The notes beneath the pieces are model-generated. The model worked only from the letters and a program-made list of their open reading frames with translations, did no database searches and had not been told where the DNA came from. A stretch of 64,000 nucleotides of DNA from positions 124,001-188,000 of the forward strand of contig OZ218953.1 of assembly GCA_965112735.1 (NCBI GenBank), read 5' to 3'. Both the position numbers and the translations under genes were made by a program. Position 1 is the first letter of the stretch. Every line of letters begins with the position of its first letter. Positions 11,973 through 22,622 of this stretch are shown one piece after another. The DNA is from Phaeosaccion multiseriatum. Taxonomy: Eukaryota; Protista; Ochrophyta, other classes.

Positions 11973-13501
11973 CCGCCGCCGCCGCCGCCGCCACCGCCGC
12001 AGGACCTCTCAGAGGAGGGTGACGCACAGCTTGTTAGAGAGCATTCCGCGAGCAGCGGTGGCAGCTCCACCCTCGGAAAGAGGAGAGCAAGGTTGGTTCT
12101 TTTGTGTGTTATGCTCTGAGCAACAATGGGTGGGTGGGTCGTAGAAGAGGAGGAGGAGGGGAGGAGGCAGGGAGAGAACGAGCAAACAAGCACAGCAAGG
12201 CAACGCCAGGCCCCGCACAGAACGCAACAGACGCGGTGTATGTGTGGGCGTGCGCGTGCGCGTGTCACGCCACCTCTCATCATCCCACCCCACCCTCACC
12301 CGTCACTCTACTCTTTAGCAGCTCGAGCTCCTCTGGCGGTAACGAGGATCCGTGGGGTTGGTTTGAGGACGTGGACCCGCCTTCCGGGGACCAAAACGAC
12401 GGGGCGCCAGGCCTCATGGTGACGGACGACACCAACGCGGGCGGCGGCGTGAAGGTCTGTGTGCAGGGAGAGGGGAGACAAGAGAGCGCCGGGCGCGCCC
12501 CCACATACGGTCTTTGGTATTGAAACGGACTTTGTTTGCCTCCCAACAGGAAACTCCCCAGTACATTCTAACAGAGTCGCTGTCCAGCCAGAAGCTGTGG
12601 CACCAGACGGCGGGGCTGAGGTCCCGTCAGCCTTCCAGGGAACGGGCATACTTTGAGAACTTGTGGGAGAGCAACTTTAGTGAGAGTAAGGTGGACTACT
12701 CCAGACCGCTCCAGCAGCCCAAGCGCTCCATCGGGGTAGCGCACAGGGCAAGGGGCGCGGGCGGGGCGGGGGATGGAGGGGGCAGGAGGAAGAGGGAGAG
12801 AGAGAGGGGGAGCAAGAAGGTGCTCTTCCGGGCAACGAGTCCCTTCGGCAGCGCCGTGAGCAAGTCTTTCCAGTGCGAAAAGTGCGGCGAGATGAGCTCC
12901 ATCATAGTGCATATACCCAAGTTCCAAATTGTACAGGTGGGTAGGCGACGCCGGCCCTTTGTTTGCTATACTCTGCCCGGAGTGTCCGACCAAACCCTTT
13001 CTTTGCTGTGCTCTCTCTCTCTCTCTGCCCATCGCAGGTCGGGTCGGACGTGCACGCAGAATACCTCATCGTGGTGGGGCTGGGGAGCGTGTCGCTGGGG
13101 GTGTGGAGGAGGTTTCGGGAGTTCAAACGGCTGGCGAGGCGGTTAGGGGGCGCGGGGGGGGCGGGCGGAAAGGGCCAATTTCACAACGCCCTGCTGAGCT
13201 GGCGCTGCTTGGAGAATAGGCAGCGCTGGTTCCGCTGCCTGGACAAGGACTACCTCATTCTGAAGGTGCGTTCCTTCCCTGGACAAGAAAGAGGCTTGCT
13301 GGTGTAGTGCAGTGTCAGTGTCAGCTCCCCCTGCCCTCTGCCCTCTGCCCCCTGCCGTGCTCACACAGCGTCCGTTCTGTCCTCCCTCCGTTGTTTGTTA
13401 CCGACGGCTTCCAGTGCTTCTTGCTGGAGCGCTTCCTTCACGACCTGGTCTTCGAATCCATGTCCCCCCAAACCATTCGAGACTTTTTAGGTCTCTTGTA
13501 A
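11381..13501 (+). CDS. PX-like domain protein of unknown function (multi-exon; start uncertain)
   Basis: Spliced chain with DPWGWFED, ETPQYILTESLSSQKLW, IPKFQIV..HAEYLIVV..VWRRFREFKRLA (PX-like RR[FY]xEF), LERFLHDL..RDFLGL. Confidence 0.7.
11491..11730. repeat. Intronic degenerate (CT)n tract
   Basis: Directly visible. Confidence 0.9.
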
Positions 13502-13646
13502 ACAAGAGGGTGGGCTTTAGTTTTCTGTACAAATTGTTAGAGCACGGACGCCGTGTGCCCGGTGGTCCTTTGTACATGCTGCGATTCCAAGAAAGCGAAC
13601 AAACCGATGAATATAAATGTACATAGATCCATCCCACTTCACAGCG

Positions 13647-15627
13647 TCACCAGGCGGCAAGTTCGGGGTTCTCAATGTGGAGCTTGGGCACGGCGCGGAA
13701 TGTGGTGTGGAGCAGGCGGGCGTCTCCCTGCCGGTTGCGCAGCCGCTGCACCAGGGCACCGTCCTCGGCCGGGCGGATCTGGTGGAGACAACACAGGAGG
13801 GGGAGGAGACCGGTTTAGTTTAGCCTGTGCCGAAAGGAGGTTTGCCACTGAGCGGGGAAGGGAGAAAAGGTTAGGGTGCTTATGCTTACCTCCACAGCGT
13901 GGAACGCCGCAGTGGTGGAAGCAACCCTCGCCCGGATCTGCTGCGGAGTCTCGTCGGCCGCCTTGACTTGCCCCCCTCCGTTCATGCACCCCCCAGGGCA
14001 CGCCATAACCTCCACAAGGTCGTACGAGCACTTGCCGCGCTTGAGCTGCGAGATGGAGGGGGGCCGAGGAGAGGGGAGAAAAGGGGCGGGGGTGGGTGGC
14101 ATCAGGGTGGCGACCAAAACCCAACACCTTTTGTTTGTAAGGCGCTCAAGCACCTTCTGAATGACGCCCTGTATGTTGCGAAAGCCGTACGCGATGGCCC
14201 CTCGCAGCACCACCTCCCCCCCGAGCTCCAGCACCACCTCCTGCAGGTCCACGTTCCTTCCCTGTGTGTAGTGCAGCTCCTGCCCGCCCAGCTCCACTCC
14301 GAACACGGACGACGCTGCGTGTCTGAACAGACTCTCGAGGTACCCCCCCGACCCGCCCCGCGCCGAGACGTGTCCACTCAGGCCCAGACTGGCCATGCTG
14401 GGGGGTGGGGGTGGGGGTGAGGTAGCCCCAGGGCCCGTGCCCCCCCCCCCCGCAAGCAGAGCGGCGGCATCCCCTTCAATGGAGGAGGGCGCAATCGCGC
14501 GAAAGAGCGCCTTGTCGCTGCTCTGCGTCAGGGCCTGCCCCGCCTCACTGACTACAAGCTCCAGCACCTGTCTGGCAGTGAGCACCAAGTCCACCTCTGC
14601 GGCCTGCAGCTCCTCGTGCCAAAACTCCTTCCTGCTGGCCTCCAGCTTCTTGTCGAAGCAGGCCTCTACGCTGACGTGCAGCATCCGCGAAGGCTCGACG
14701 CCCAAGTCTGGCGCCAGCACGCTCTTTAGCAAGGTGCCCAGCGCCTGCTGCCCGCTCTTTGTGGAGCTCATGTACGGCAAGGCGTCCGGCGCAGCCTTCT
14801 CCGCGTAGCACACCCATCCGGGGCACGCCGACACGAGCAGAGGTAGCGGCGGGGAGGAGCCAGAGGCCTTGTGACTACCAAGGAAGGTGGAGGAGGAGGA
14901 GGAGGAGGAGGAGGAGGAGGAGGAGGAGGAGGAGGAGGGACAAAAGGAGAAGAGCAGCACGTTGTTGACATCAGACTGTGAGGAGGGAGGAGCCCCCCGC
15001 CAGGCTGTTTCCAGGCTTGTTTCCAGCGAACCACACTCGCACCTCTTTAGCCGGTCCACAAACTCCTCTCTGGCCTCTATGATGGAACACTGATGTCCGA
15101 GGTCGGCGTCCAAGACACGGTGCACCCCGAGCGTCTTGAAGAACGTGACGAGGCGAGCCTGAACCTCCACCACGGAAAGGTCCAAGTAAGACGCCAGAGA
15201 CGCCCGAGCGGCAGACCCCACAGACACGACCACGCAGTCGAAACTGCGCGAGAGGAAGCGGCACGGAGCAATGAGATGAATGGTGGCGGAAAGGCACAAC
15301 CCGACAAAGCTCTCACCGGCCGGACTGTATCTCCTTTCTGAGCTTGTCCGAGCTCTGCTCCGCTATGAGAACAGTCTCGGCGCTAGTCACACACCCACTA
15401 CACGCTAAGCAGTCCGACAGAGAGACTTTCGCCGTCTTACTCGCAGAGGCCTTGATCAGGTCAGGCTCTACTTCAGCCAAGCCCTCCAACTGAAGCACCA
15501 CCGAGGCCGCCGCAACCCTTGGCTCGCCTCCTCCCACTTCGGCCTTCCCCTCGGAGAACAAGGGATTGATGCAAGATTGTGATGGCTCGATGAAGTCATT
15601 CAGATCGCCCAGGAAAACGCTTGCCAT
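13647..15627 (-). CDS. CIAO3: Cytosolic Fe-S assembly factor NAR1/CIAO3 (hydrogenase-like), multi-exon
   Basis: DLNDFIEPSQSCI, SLSDCLACSGCVTSAE, SACPGWVCYAEK, CFDKKLEASR, AYGFRNIQ, EVMACPGGCMNGGGQ, LLHTTFRAV and C-terminal Trp. Confidence 0.95.
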
Positions 15628-15906
15628 CTTCCCCTCATGCAACCCCCCCCCTTCTCCTCCAGAGAGTTGAGATGATTAGAGTATCTGTGCGAGTTGGTGG
15701 TACACAGTTGTCACCTGTGATCCCTCAATTCTCAATTCCTTCATTTCTGCCCCCCCCCCAAGTCGAGCATCTACCCTTTCGGGCGTCGTCATGAGCCGAA
15801 AAGAAGCAATATACCCATGTCGGAGGTGGGCTCGACTCAAGATTTCACGATGTGTGAGTTTTATTCATTTGGGTTTGGCAGAAGAGAGATGCAAAGCAGC
15901 GTGCGT

Positions 15907-17531
15907 CTATTTCTCGTCACGCTTCTTGTCCTCCGCCATGCGGATCCTGATACCTCGCAGCTTCTGCTCGTTGCGCTCCATGCGCAGGGTGGAGCGAGCG
16001 TTCACACCCTTCATCTCATCCGTCACGGCCACCAGAGCCACCTCGGGCACCTTGTTGTCCACGGGCATGATAGGGCCCACCACCTGTGTGGCCGATCCCG
16101 TCTCGGAGGCAGGGGAGTCTCCGGCCTTGGGCTTTTGGTTAGAGCCCTTGGGGAAGATGATGAGCTTCGCCTTGTACTCCTTCAGGCGCTCCACGTTGGT
16201 GTTGAAAGTCTCCACCTGGGGTGGGTGAGGATGGCAGTGGATGGGGGGCGTGCGAGAAGACACCACAGCAGGGATGGTGAGCGACGAGTGACGCACGTAA
16301 AGCGGAGAGGCTGCTCTTTACGCGCTCCTTTTCCTCGCTACCACTGCTTCCTCTGAGATCCTGTGTGCGGTGTCCAGCTGACTCTCAGGCTGTCACACTC
16401 ACGGCGGCACCAGCAGCAACAGAAGCCAGTCTCGCCCCCCACCGATACCATCGCTTCTGTCTCACCGCCCACCCACACCACCAGCTGAATCCCGCCGCCA
16501 CGCACACGCCCACCCGCCTGCTCCCCGCTGCAGCGACCCCTGGGCTCACACTACTCACCGCCTTGTTGGTGCGTCGGTAGTCCACAGCAATGCCGATGGT
16601 CTGTGCCACCTTCTTGCTGATGCCGGCGCCCTGCAGCACGCGAGACGCCAGAGAGAGAAGCAAGAGAGGCAGAGTCAGTTTCGAGAGGCGGCGCTGTAAG
16701 TGCTGCACCGAAGTGTTGCATTGCGAATCGCCGACGCGAGATTGCCCTTTCTACGTCTGGGCTGTTGACGCAGCCAATGGTGTAGGGCCGTATCTCGCCT
16801 ACCACCCCTCCCTTGCTACCCTACCTTGAGCTCGCCGACAGTGAAGCCGCGACCAAGCTTCACCTTGCGGTTGTACTATCACAGTAGAAGGAAGGGTGGG
16901 GTGGGGGGGGTGGGGCACAGCGCGAAGCACCAGATCAGCCGTCAGTGAGAGTATTCCAGGCTCCTCGGCCGCCAAAGCTCAAGAAAGCAGGCCCGACATC
17001 TCCCGCTTATCGACTCGAAGGCCTCTTAGACCCAGTCGACACCCTCTCAGCTCTCGTTCTGTGCTGCACGCCGTAAGTCAAAAGAGAAACCAAGGTGACC
17101 AAGCCGACCTTCCCGGGATGAGTCCTCCCACGGCCTCGCTCGCCAGTCTCTGGCCATCCCAATACTCGTATCTCCTCCTCACGGCTCTCGGTGTGCGTTG
17201 CCGTAACTTCTTCATGCCTTCAGCTATTCCTTCGAAGGGGAGGAAGTAGACAGCAGAACTCCACCTCTTCACGAATCTCTGTCTCTCACTGCGTGCCTGC
17301 CTCCTCTGCATCCATCTTCCCTCCTGCCTCCTCCCACCCACTCACCTTGATTGTCGGGCAGTGCACCGCAGGGCGGAGCCTCTCGGTGGGGCGAGGCGCC
17401 ATCGCGGCCGCCTTGGCTTGCCGAGTCAGCCGTCGCTGCTTCTTCTGCATGGGCTGGGCAAACCATGTCTTGACCCTGGTCTGCCACTTCTTGTGGAAAT
17501 GCCCGTTGGGCAACACATTGTTGTGCTTCAT
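15907..17531 (-). CDS. RPL13: 60S ribosomal protein L13 (eL13), 4 exons
   Basis: MKHNNVLPNGHFHKKWQTRVKTWF, LRPAVHCPTIK|YNRKVKLGRGFT, IGIAVDYRRTNK, NVERLKEYKAKLIIFP; introns 16216-16558, 16631-16824, 16876-17345. Confidence 0.97.
16937..17186 (-). ncRNA. Candidate intronic box C/D-like structured RNA in RPL13 intron 1
   Basis: Terminal stem AGCCG/CGGCT next to TGAGGA (C-like) and CTGA (D); nested stem GAGTATT/AATACTC; internal hairpins GGGATG/CATCCC and TCGACT/AGTCGA. Confidence 0.4.
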
Positions 17532-17691
17532 GCTGCCTGCCTCTCTTCTGCTCCCAAAATGCTCCCCTGCTGGAGGGCCAATCACAAAAGCGAGGTTTCC
17601 GTGATTTTGCCAAGACTCCCCCGGGGGGTGGGCGATTGATGGCTTGTCTGCGGCGATCAAAGCTTAGCCTGGGAGAGCTGAGCAGACCACC
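17532..17691. promoter_or_regulatory. Probable bidirectional promoter shared by RPL13 and RPS8
   Basis: Only 160 bp separate the divergent ATGs; contains inverted CAATC/GATTG boxes. Confidence 0.55.
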
Positions 17692-18159
17692 ATGGGTGAG
17701 TATAGAGCCGCACAGCCTGAAGAGTGTCTGCATGGAGGAGACCCTTGCGAGTGCTGGACAGGGGGGGGCTTAGCGGAAGCTGCGGAGGAGGAGGTGGAGA
17801 GAAGGGAGGGAGGAGGAGGGGATAAGGAGGAGCAGAGGGCAGCCAGCAACAGAGAGAGCAAAGCAGCAAGTAGAGATGGGATATCCGCAGCGGGCATGCT
17901 GCCATGAGAGCGAGCTTCCAGAAGGTTCCACGGCACGTGTCGGGGGGGGAGAGAAGAATCCCACGCAGTCGGTGAAGTGGAGAAGGGCCATGGGCACCAG
18001 CACCAGCAGAGGGAGCACAGAGGAGCAGTTTCAGGGACACCGTACAGGCGTGAATACTCACTGTGTGCTCCGCGGGGTTCCATGCTATGCCACGGAAGGA
18101 GAGGGGAGAGGTTTGTGTTCATACGATTCTCAATGCTCTCCTTTGCTGCTTCCCCGCGC

Positions 18160-18190
<31 letters not shown>

Positions 18191-18969
18191 ACTGCCGCTC
18201 CTGTGTGTTGCCTCGCTCAGGCATCTCACGCGACTCGCGGCACAAGCGCCGTGCGACGGGTGGCAAGCGCGCTCAGGTGCGCAAGAAGCGTAAGTTCGAG
18301 ATGGGTCGCCCGGGGGCCGGCACGAGGTTAGGGACCAAGCGGGTGCACACCGTCAGATGCCGCGGGGGAAACCTGAAGTTCAGGGCGCTCCGCCTCGAGG
18401 CAGGCAACTTCAGCTGGGGAACCGAAGGTAGGAGGTGAAGAGGGTTGTGTTAATCGTTGTTGTTTGTCCTTTGGCTGGTGTCGTGATGCTCATCCCCTTC
18501 CGTCGTATGGTCTGCCTTGCCTTGCCTTGTTCCTGCCTGCGTGTGCGGTGGGGTAGTGCTCTCCCGCAAGACACGTGTGCTGGATGTGCTTTACAACGCT
18601 TCCAACAACGAGCTGGTCCGCACAAAGACGCTGGTGAAGAACTGCATTGTGCAGATTGACTCGCACCCCTTCAAGGGGTGGTACGAGCAGCACTACGGCG
18701 TGACCATCGGCCACAAGAAGAATGCGCCAAAGAAGGCAGCCCCCAAGGAGGAGGAGGGCGAGAAGGGCTCTGCCTCGTTGCAGAGGAAGATTGCCAAGCG
18801 CAATGTGAAGCGCACGCTGGACCCCCTGCTGGACGAGCAGTTCGCGTCGGGCCGCCTCATGGCTTGCATCTCATCCCGCCCCGGCCAGAGCGGCCGCGCC
18901 GACGGTTACATTTTGGAGGGGAAGGAGCTTGAGTTCTACCAGAGGCAGTTGGCCAGGAAGAAGAAGTGA
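17692..18969 (+). CDS. RPS8: 40S ribosomal protein S8 (eS8), 3 exons (first coding exon is ATGG)
   Basis: [64 protein letters not shown]. Confidence 0.97.
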
Positions 18970-19084
18970 GCGTCGCATGACGGAGGCCAGTGAGGCCGAG
19001 GGCTAAGCTTTATAAAAAACGTTTAGGTTGTTGCACAGCCTACTCATTCTTTGGCATTTGGGGTTATATTCAGGGGCTGCCCGG

Positions 19085-19126
19085 TCATGAGAATGGGTCA
19101 AAGGCCTGCTGTTGTGAAGTCGGCTT

Positions 19127-19157
<31 letters not shown>

Positions 19158-22100
19158 GGCCGGTGCGTTGGGAGTGCCCCATGCTGAGTCCCGTTTCCCC
19201 CCTGAACCCCCCTTTCCCCTGCCCCCGCGGCCCTCCTCCGAATCCGCTCGTCAAGCTCCGCTTGGGACAGGGCGAATTGGCCGGGCTGCTGCAGCTGCTG
19301 GAACAAGTTGTTCGCCCCCCCTTGGAACAAGTTGTTCGCCCCCCCTTCCCGTCTAGACTCTCCGGCGGGAAGTGAAGCGAACTCGCTCGGCGGGGGCGGC
19401 GGGGGCGGTGGAGGCGGAACCGGGCGGGAGGGGGGGGGTGCGATGGCAGGGCGGAACGGCGGTGGTGGGGGTGGGGGTGGGGGTGGTGGTGGTGGGGGGG
19501 GGGGGGTGGGGGGCGGAGAGAAGGAGACTCGGGAGACACCTCCAGCTGCGAAAAGTCAAGAAGTTGTGCATGCCCCTCCTCGCGGGGCTGCGGAGGAAGG
19601 GGGGACGGCGACGAGTGCCGAGGATGCCTCCGCGGGGGGGGCGGGGGCGGGGGCGGACTTGCGGCCTCTCTCCCCCTCTCCATCACCGCGACATTACCGC
19701 GTGCCCTTCCCCGCCCTCCCGTCTCGTCGGCACGGCAGGAGAGCAAGTCGAGGAGGAGGCCGTCCGGATCGGTTTTGGGCTCCGTTGTGAACGCCACCGG
19801 AGGGCTGTCCGTTGTGGCCAGCAGCGGCACCTGAGCACAACAACGGAAGGGAGTACGGCCCTATCAAACACAGGCGGGCTGACGAAGTAAAGGACTTCAC
19901 CCTTACCCTTGCTCTCCCTCCTGCCCCCAAGAAGCTTGCCTCCAGCAGCTCGTGCAGCGCCTCAAACTCTGGCATACGCTGCCCCTGCGGCTTGGGAAAG
20001 CGCTCCACTCGGCAGAGCATGGTCGGGTGCGCCTGTCCCTGGGCCAGGTGCTCCATTGTGGCGACCCTTCGCACGGCCAGGCGCTTCATATCCACCACGA
20101 GGCCCAGCACATCAACAGCAAGGGGATGCACGTGCTCCCTGCCTGGCCCTTGTGGCTGTTGCTGTTGGCCCAGTGCGCGAATGTCAGGAATGCGGGGGAG
20201 GCACTCCACCAATACGCTCTCCGGCCCTGCCAGGAGCAGCTTGCGCAACAGCTCCAGCCCCTGTGAGGCATGCGCCCACTTGCTGCCCTTGCTGTCCGCA
20301 AGCCGCTGCCAGACAGCGAGAAGAATCCTGTCCAAGCTTCGTGCGTCGTACGCCTCCCTCACCAGTCTATTCATGCCCTCGCCAATGCCCTCGCTACTGC
20401 TAAGGCTGCTGCCCGACGTTACTTGCAGAGCCAGCGGGTGGAGGTTAGCATCTTCATACGCGTTCTTTGGAGCCCCCATGTCCGCCATCGGCAGCATCTG
20501 CTTCACCGCTGGCCGCACTACAGAAGCAGAGAAGGGCTGCCCCTGCCCGCCCTGGCCCCGGATCAGCGCCTCTGCACACTCCAAAAAACCCACCGCCCCC
20601 GTTCCCCCCTTGGTCTCACAGCGACTTGCATCTCCCGAGTGGGGCTGCTCCGCAGAGGCTTCCAGCTCCACCACGTACTGGGCGAACATGCTGGACTGCG
20701 TAAACGCCTCCAAGAACTTGCACAGGTGCTCGGGATCGGACCTGCATGACACAGCAGCGTGAGCGCTTCGCCACCGCCACCTGCAGCACCCCCCCCCTCC
20801 CACTGCTCTCACCTTTGAGTCCTGCGGTGCCTGAGGAAGTACCTGCTGTCGAACTTAACTGCGCTGCTTCCTCCTCGCACATCCTCCCACCCCTGTGCCC
20901 TGAGCATGACTCTGTGGTCCCCGAAGAGCGTCATGAAGAGCACGAGAAACGCCAACCGCAAGGCCGCGTCCTCGGGGGTCACCGCGCCGTGAGCGTAGCT
21001 GCCCTCGCCGCGCTTTTTGCACTTCTGGAACACCTCCTTGACATCCACAAAGAGCGTGTCCGTCACGCTCAGCCCGGGGGTGCCCTCCCAGCCTGAGGCA
21101 GACTTGGCCGATCCAGAGTCCGAGTCGTCCAAAAGGACCTGTAAGGTGAGCAACAAAGTAGGGGGGGTTCAGACCTGACCGTGCACTACACATCCCCCCC
21201 CACCAACGCAAGTGAGTCAAGCTCGTGTACCTTCTTGGCGAAGTTGGCGAGTTTGTTGGAGGCCGTGGCGACCGTGGCCACTCGAGCCTTCACCCCCTCA
21301 CACAGATCCAACAGGGGCTCCCCCCCGCCTTCCTTGCCGCTACTGCCACACCGGAGTTCGCCTCTCTCCAGATCAACCAGCACCACGTTCCCCACCTCGC
21401 CCACGGCCTTCAAGTCGGCGAGCTGGCTCGAGCGTATACCCAGGACAAACGGGTGGGGATTCCGGGCATGGTGCAGCATACTCGAAGGTAACATGGGAAG
21501 CAAGGCATGCTGCCACCTAAATGGATACAGCAGCGACATGGCAGCATCAATGCACGTGGAAAGCGTATCCACCTCATTGGCGATGAACACAAGGCGTCGC
21601 TCGCACAAAAGGCTGCTCAGTAGCTGGATGAGATAGCGAGGTCCCAGCCGCCGCACCAATGGTGTGACGGGCGCATCTGCCAGACTCTCCTGCGCATCAA
21701 GAGGCACTCGGAGGGAGAGCTCGCAACCCCCTGGCAAGGGCAGCATGCCTGGGACGTGAAAGGCCTGGCCCGGGCGAGGAACAGAGCTCCCCTGCAAGGA
21801 GCGCAGCATGTCCACCAAGGTAGACAAGTCTGGCTGCTCCTTCCCCTGCGCTTGTTCTCCCATCGGCCAGGCAAAGGGACGAGATGCCTGCGCAAGCAGC
21901 CACCGCCCATGGGCAAGTTTCAGCACGTGGCGGAAGAGTGAGGGATAGGCATGGTGGCTCAGCAAGCAAAAGCACTGAGGCATGCGAGACCGCTCAAAGT
22001 CGTAACGCCCCCCCACACCCCCAGGTAAGACCCTGCAGCAGTAGCCGTACAGCGTCCTCCTGCCGCTGCTGTTCGTCGCTCCATCGGGTAGTACAAACGT

Positions 22101-22337
22101 GAAACATTCCGCGCCGCCTCTCTCTTCTGCTTTCAGGGGCACCACGCTCTCTACGTCGGGAAAGCAGAACGCCTCGAGGGTGCAGTCTTCCACGCAGCAG
22201 ACCACCGAGCTAGGGAAGCGCCACGTCACCTCCGCCCTGCGCTTCCCTTTCGTCCCAGCTCCTCCTCCTCCCCCCAACACAGAGACGATGTAGAAGCCCT
22301 CCAAGAGCCTCTCCTCTGTGGGCACGCTTCTCGCCAT
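19085..22337 (-). CDS. DENN-domain (Rab GEF-like) protein with ENTH-like domain and low-complexity tail
   Basis: AFCFPD, FTFVL...YGYC, CFCLLS, LLCERRLVF, LLYPFRWQH..PMLP, PHPFVLG (DENN); FTQSSMFAQYV (dDENN); WQRL..KGSKWAH..GLELLRKLL.AG (ENTH-like); ends AFDPFS. Confidence 0.85.
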
Positions 22338-22622
22338 ACCTCACGCGACACGCAGCGCATATCTCAGAAAAGAAATCCCAAGGAGAGAGTGCGGGGAAGT
22401 GAATGATGATGATGAATGGGGTGTAGATGGAAGAGAGGCAGGAAGGGGGCGCCCGGGCGGGTTGGGGATTCATTGACTTACGATAATACAGGGAAAAGGC
22501 AATGAAACGCCCAAATTGGAATTCACGCCGAAAGATCCCCTAAGCCACAAATCGATTCAAGCAAAAAAGCAAGAGCACAAGAGCTGCCCGCAGCTCCATT
22601 CAGGAGCAGCAGGAGGTGAGAT

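Noticed and set aside
13647-15627. True [FeFe]-hydrogenase
   Set aside because: The N-terminal DFI.PS..C and CLACSGC motifs and the C-terminal Trp identify the NAR1/CIAO3 family
16937-17186. RNase P/MRP RNA, U3 or telomerase RNA identity
   Set aside because: GGGAAGGTC resembles RNase P CR-I but no matching CR-V/P4 partner was found; no U3 box A; no telomeric template
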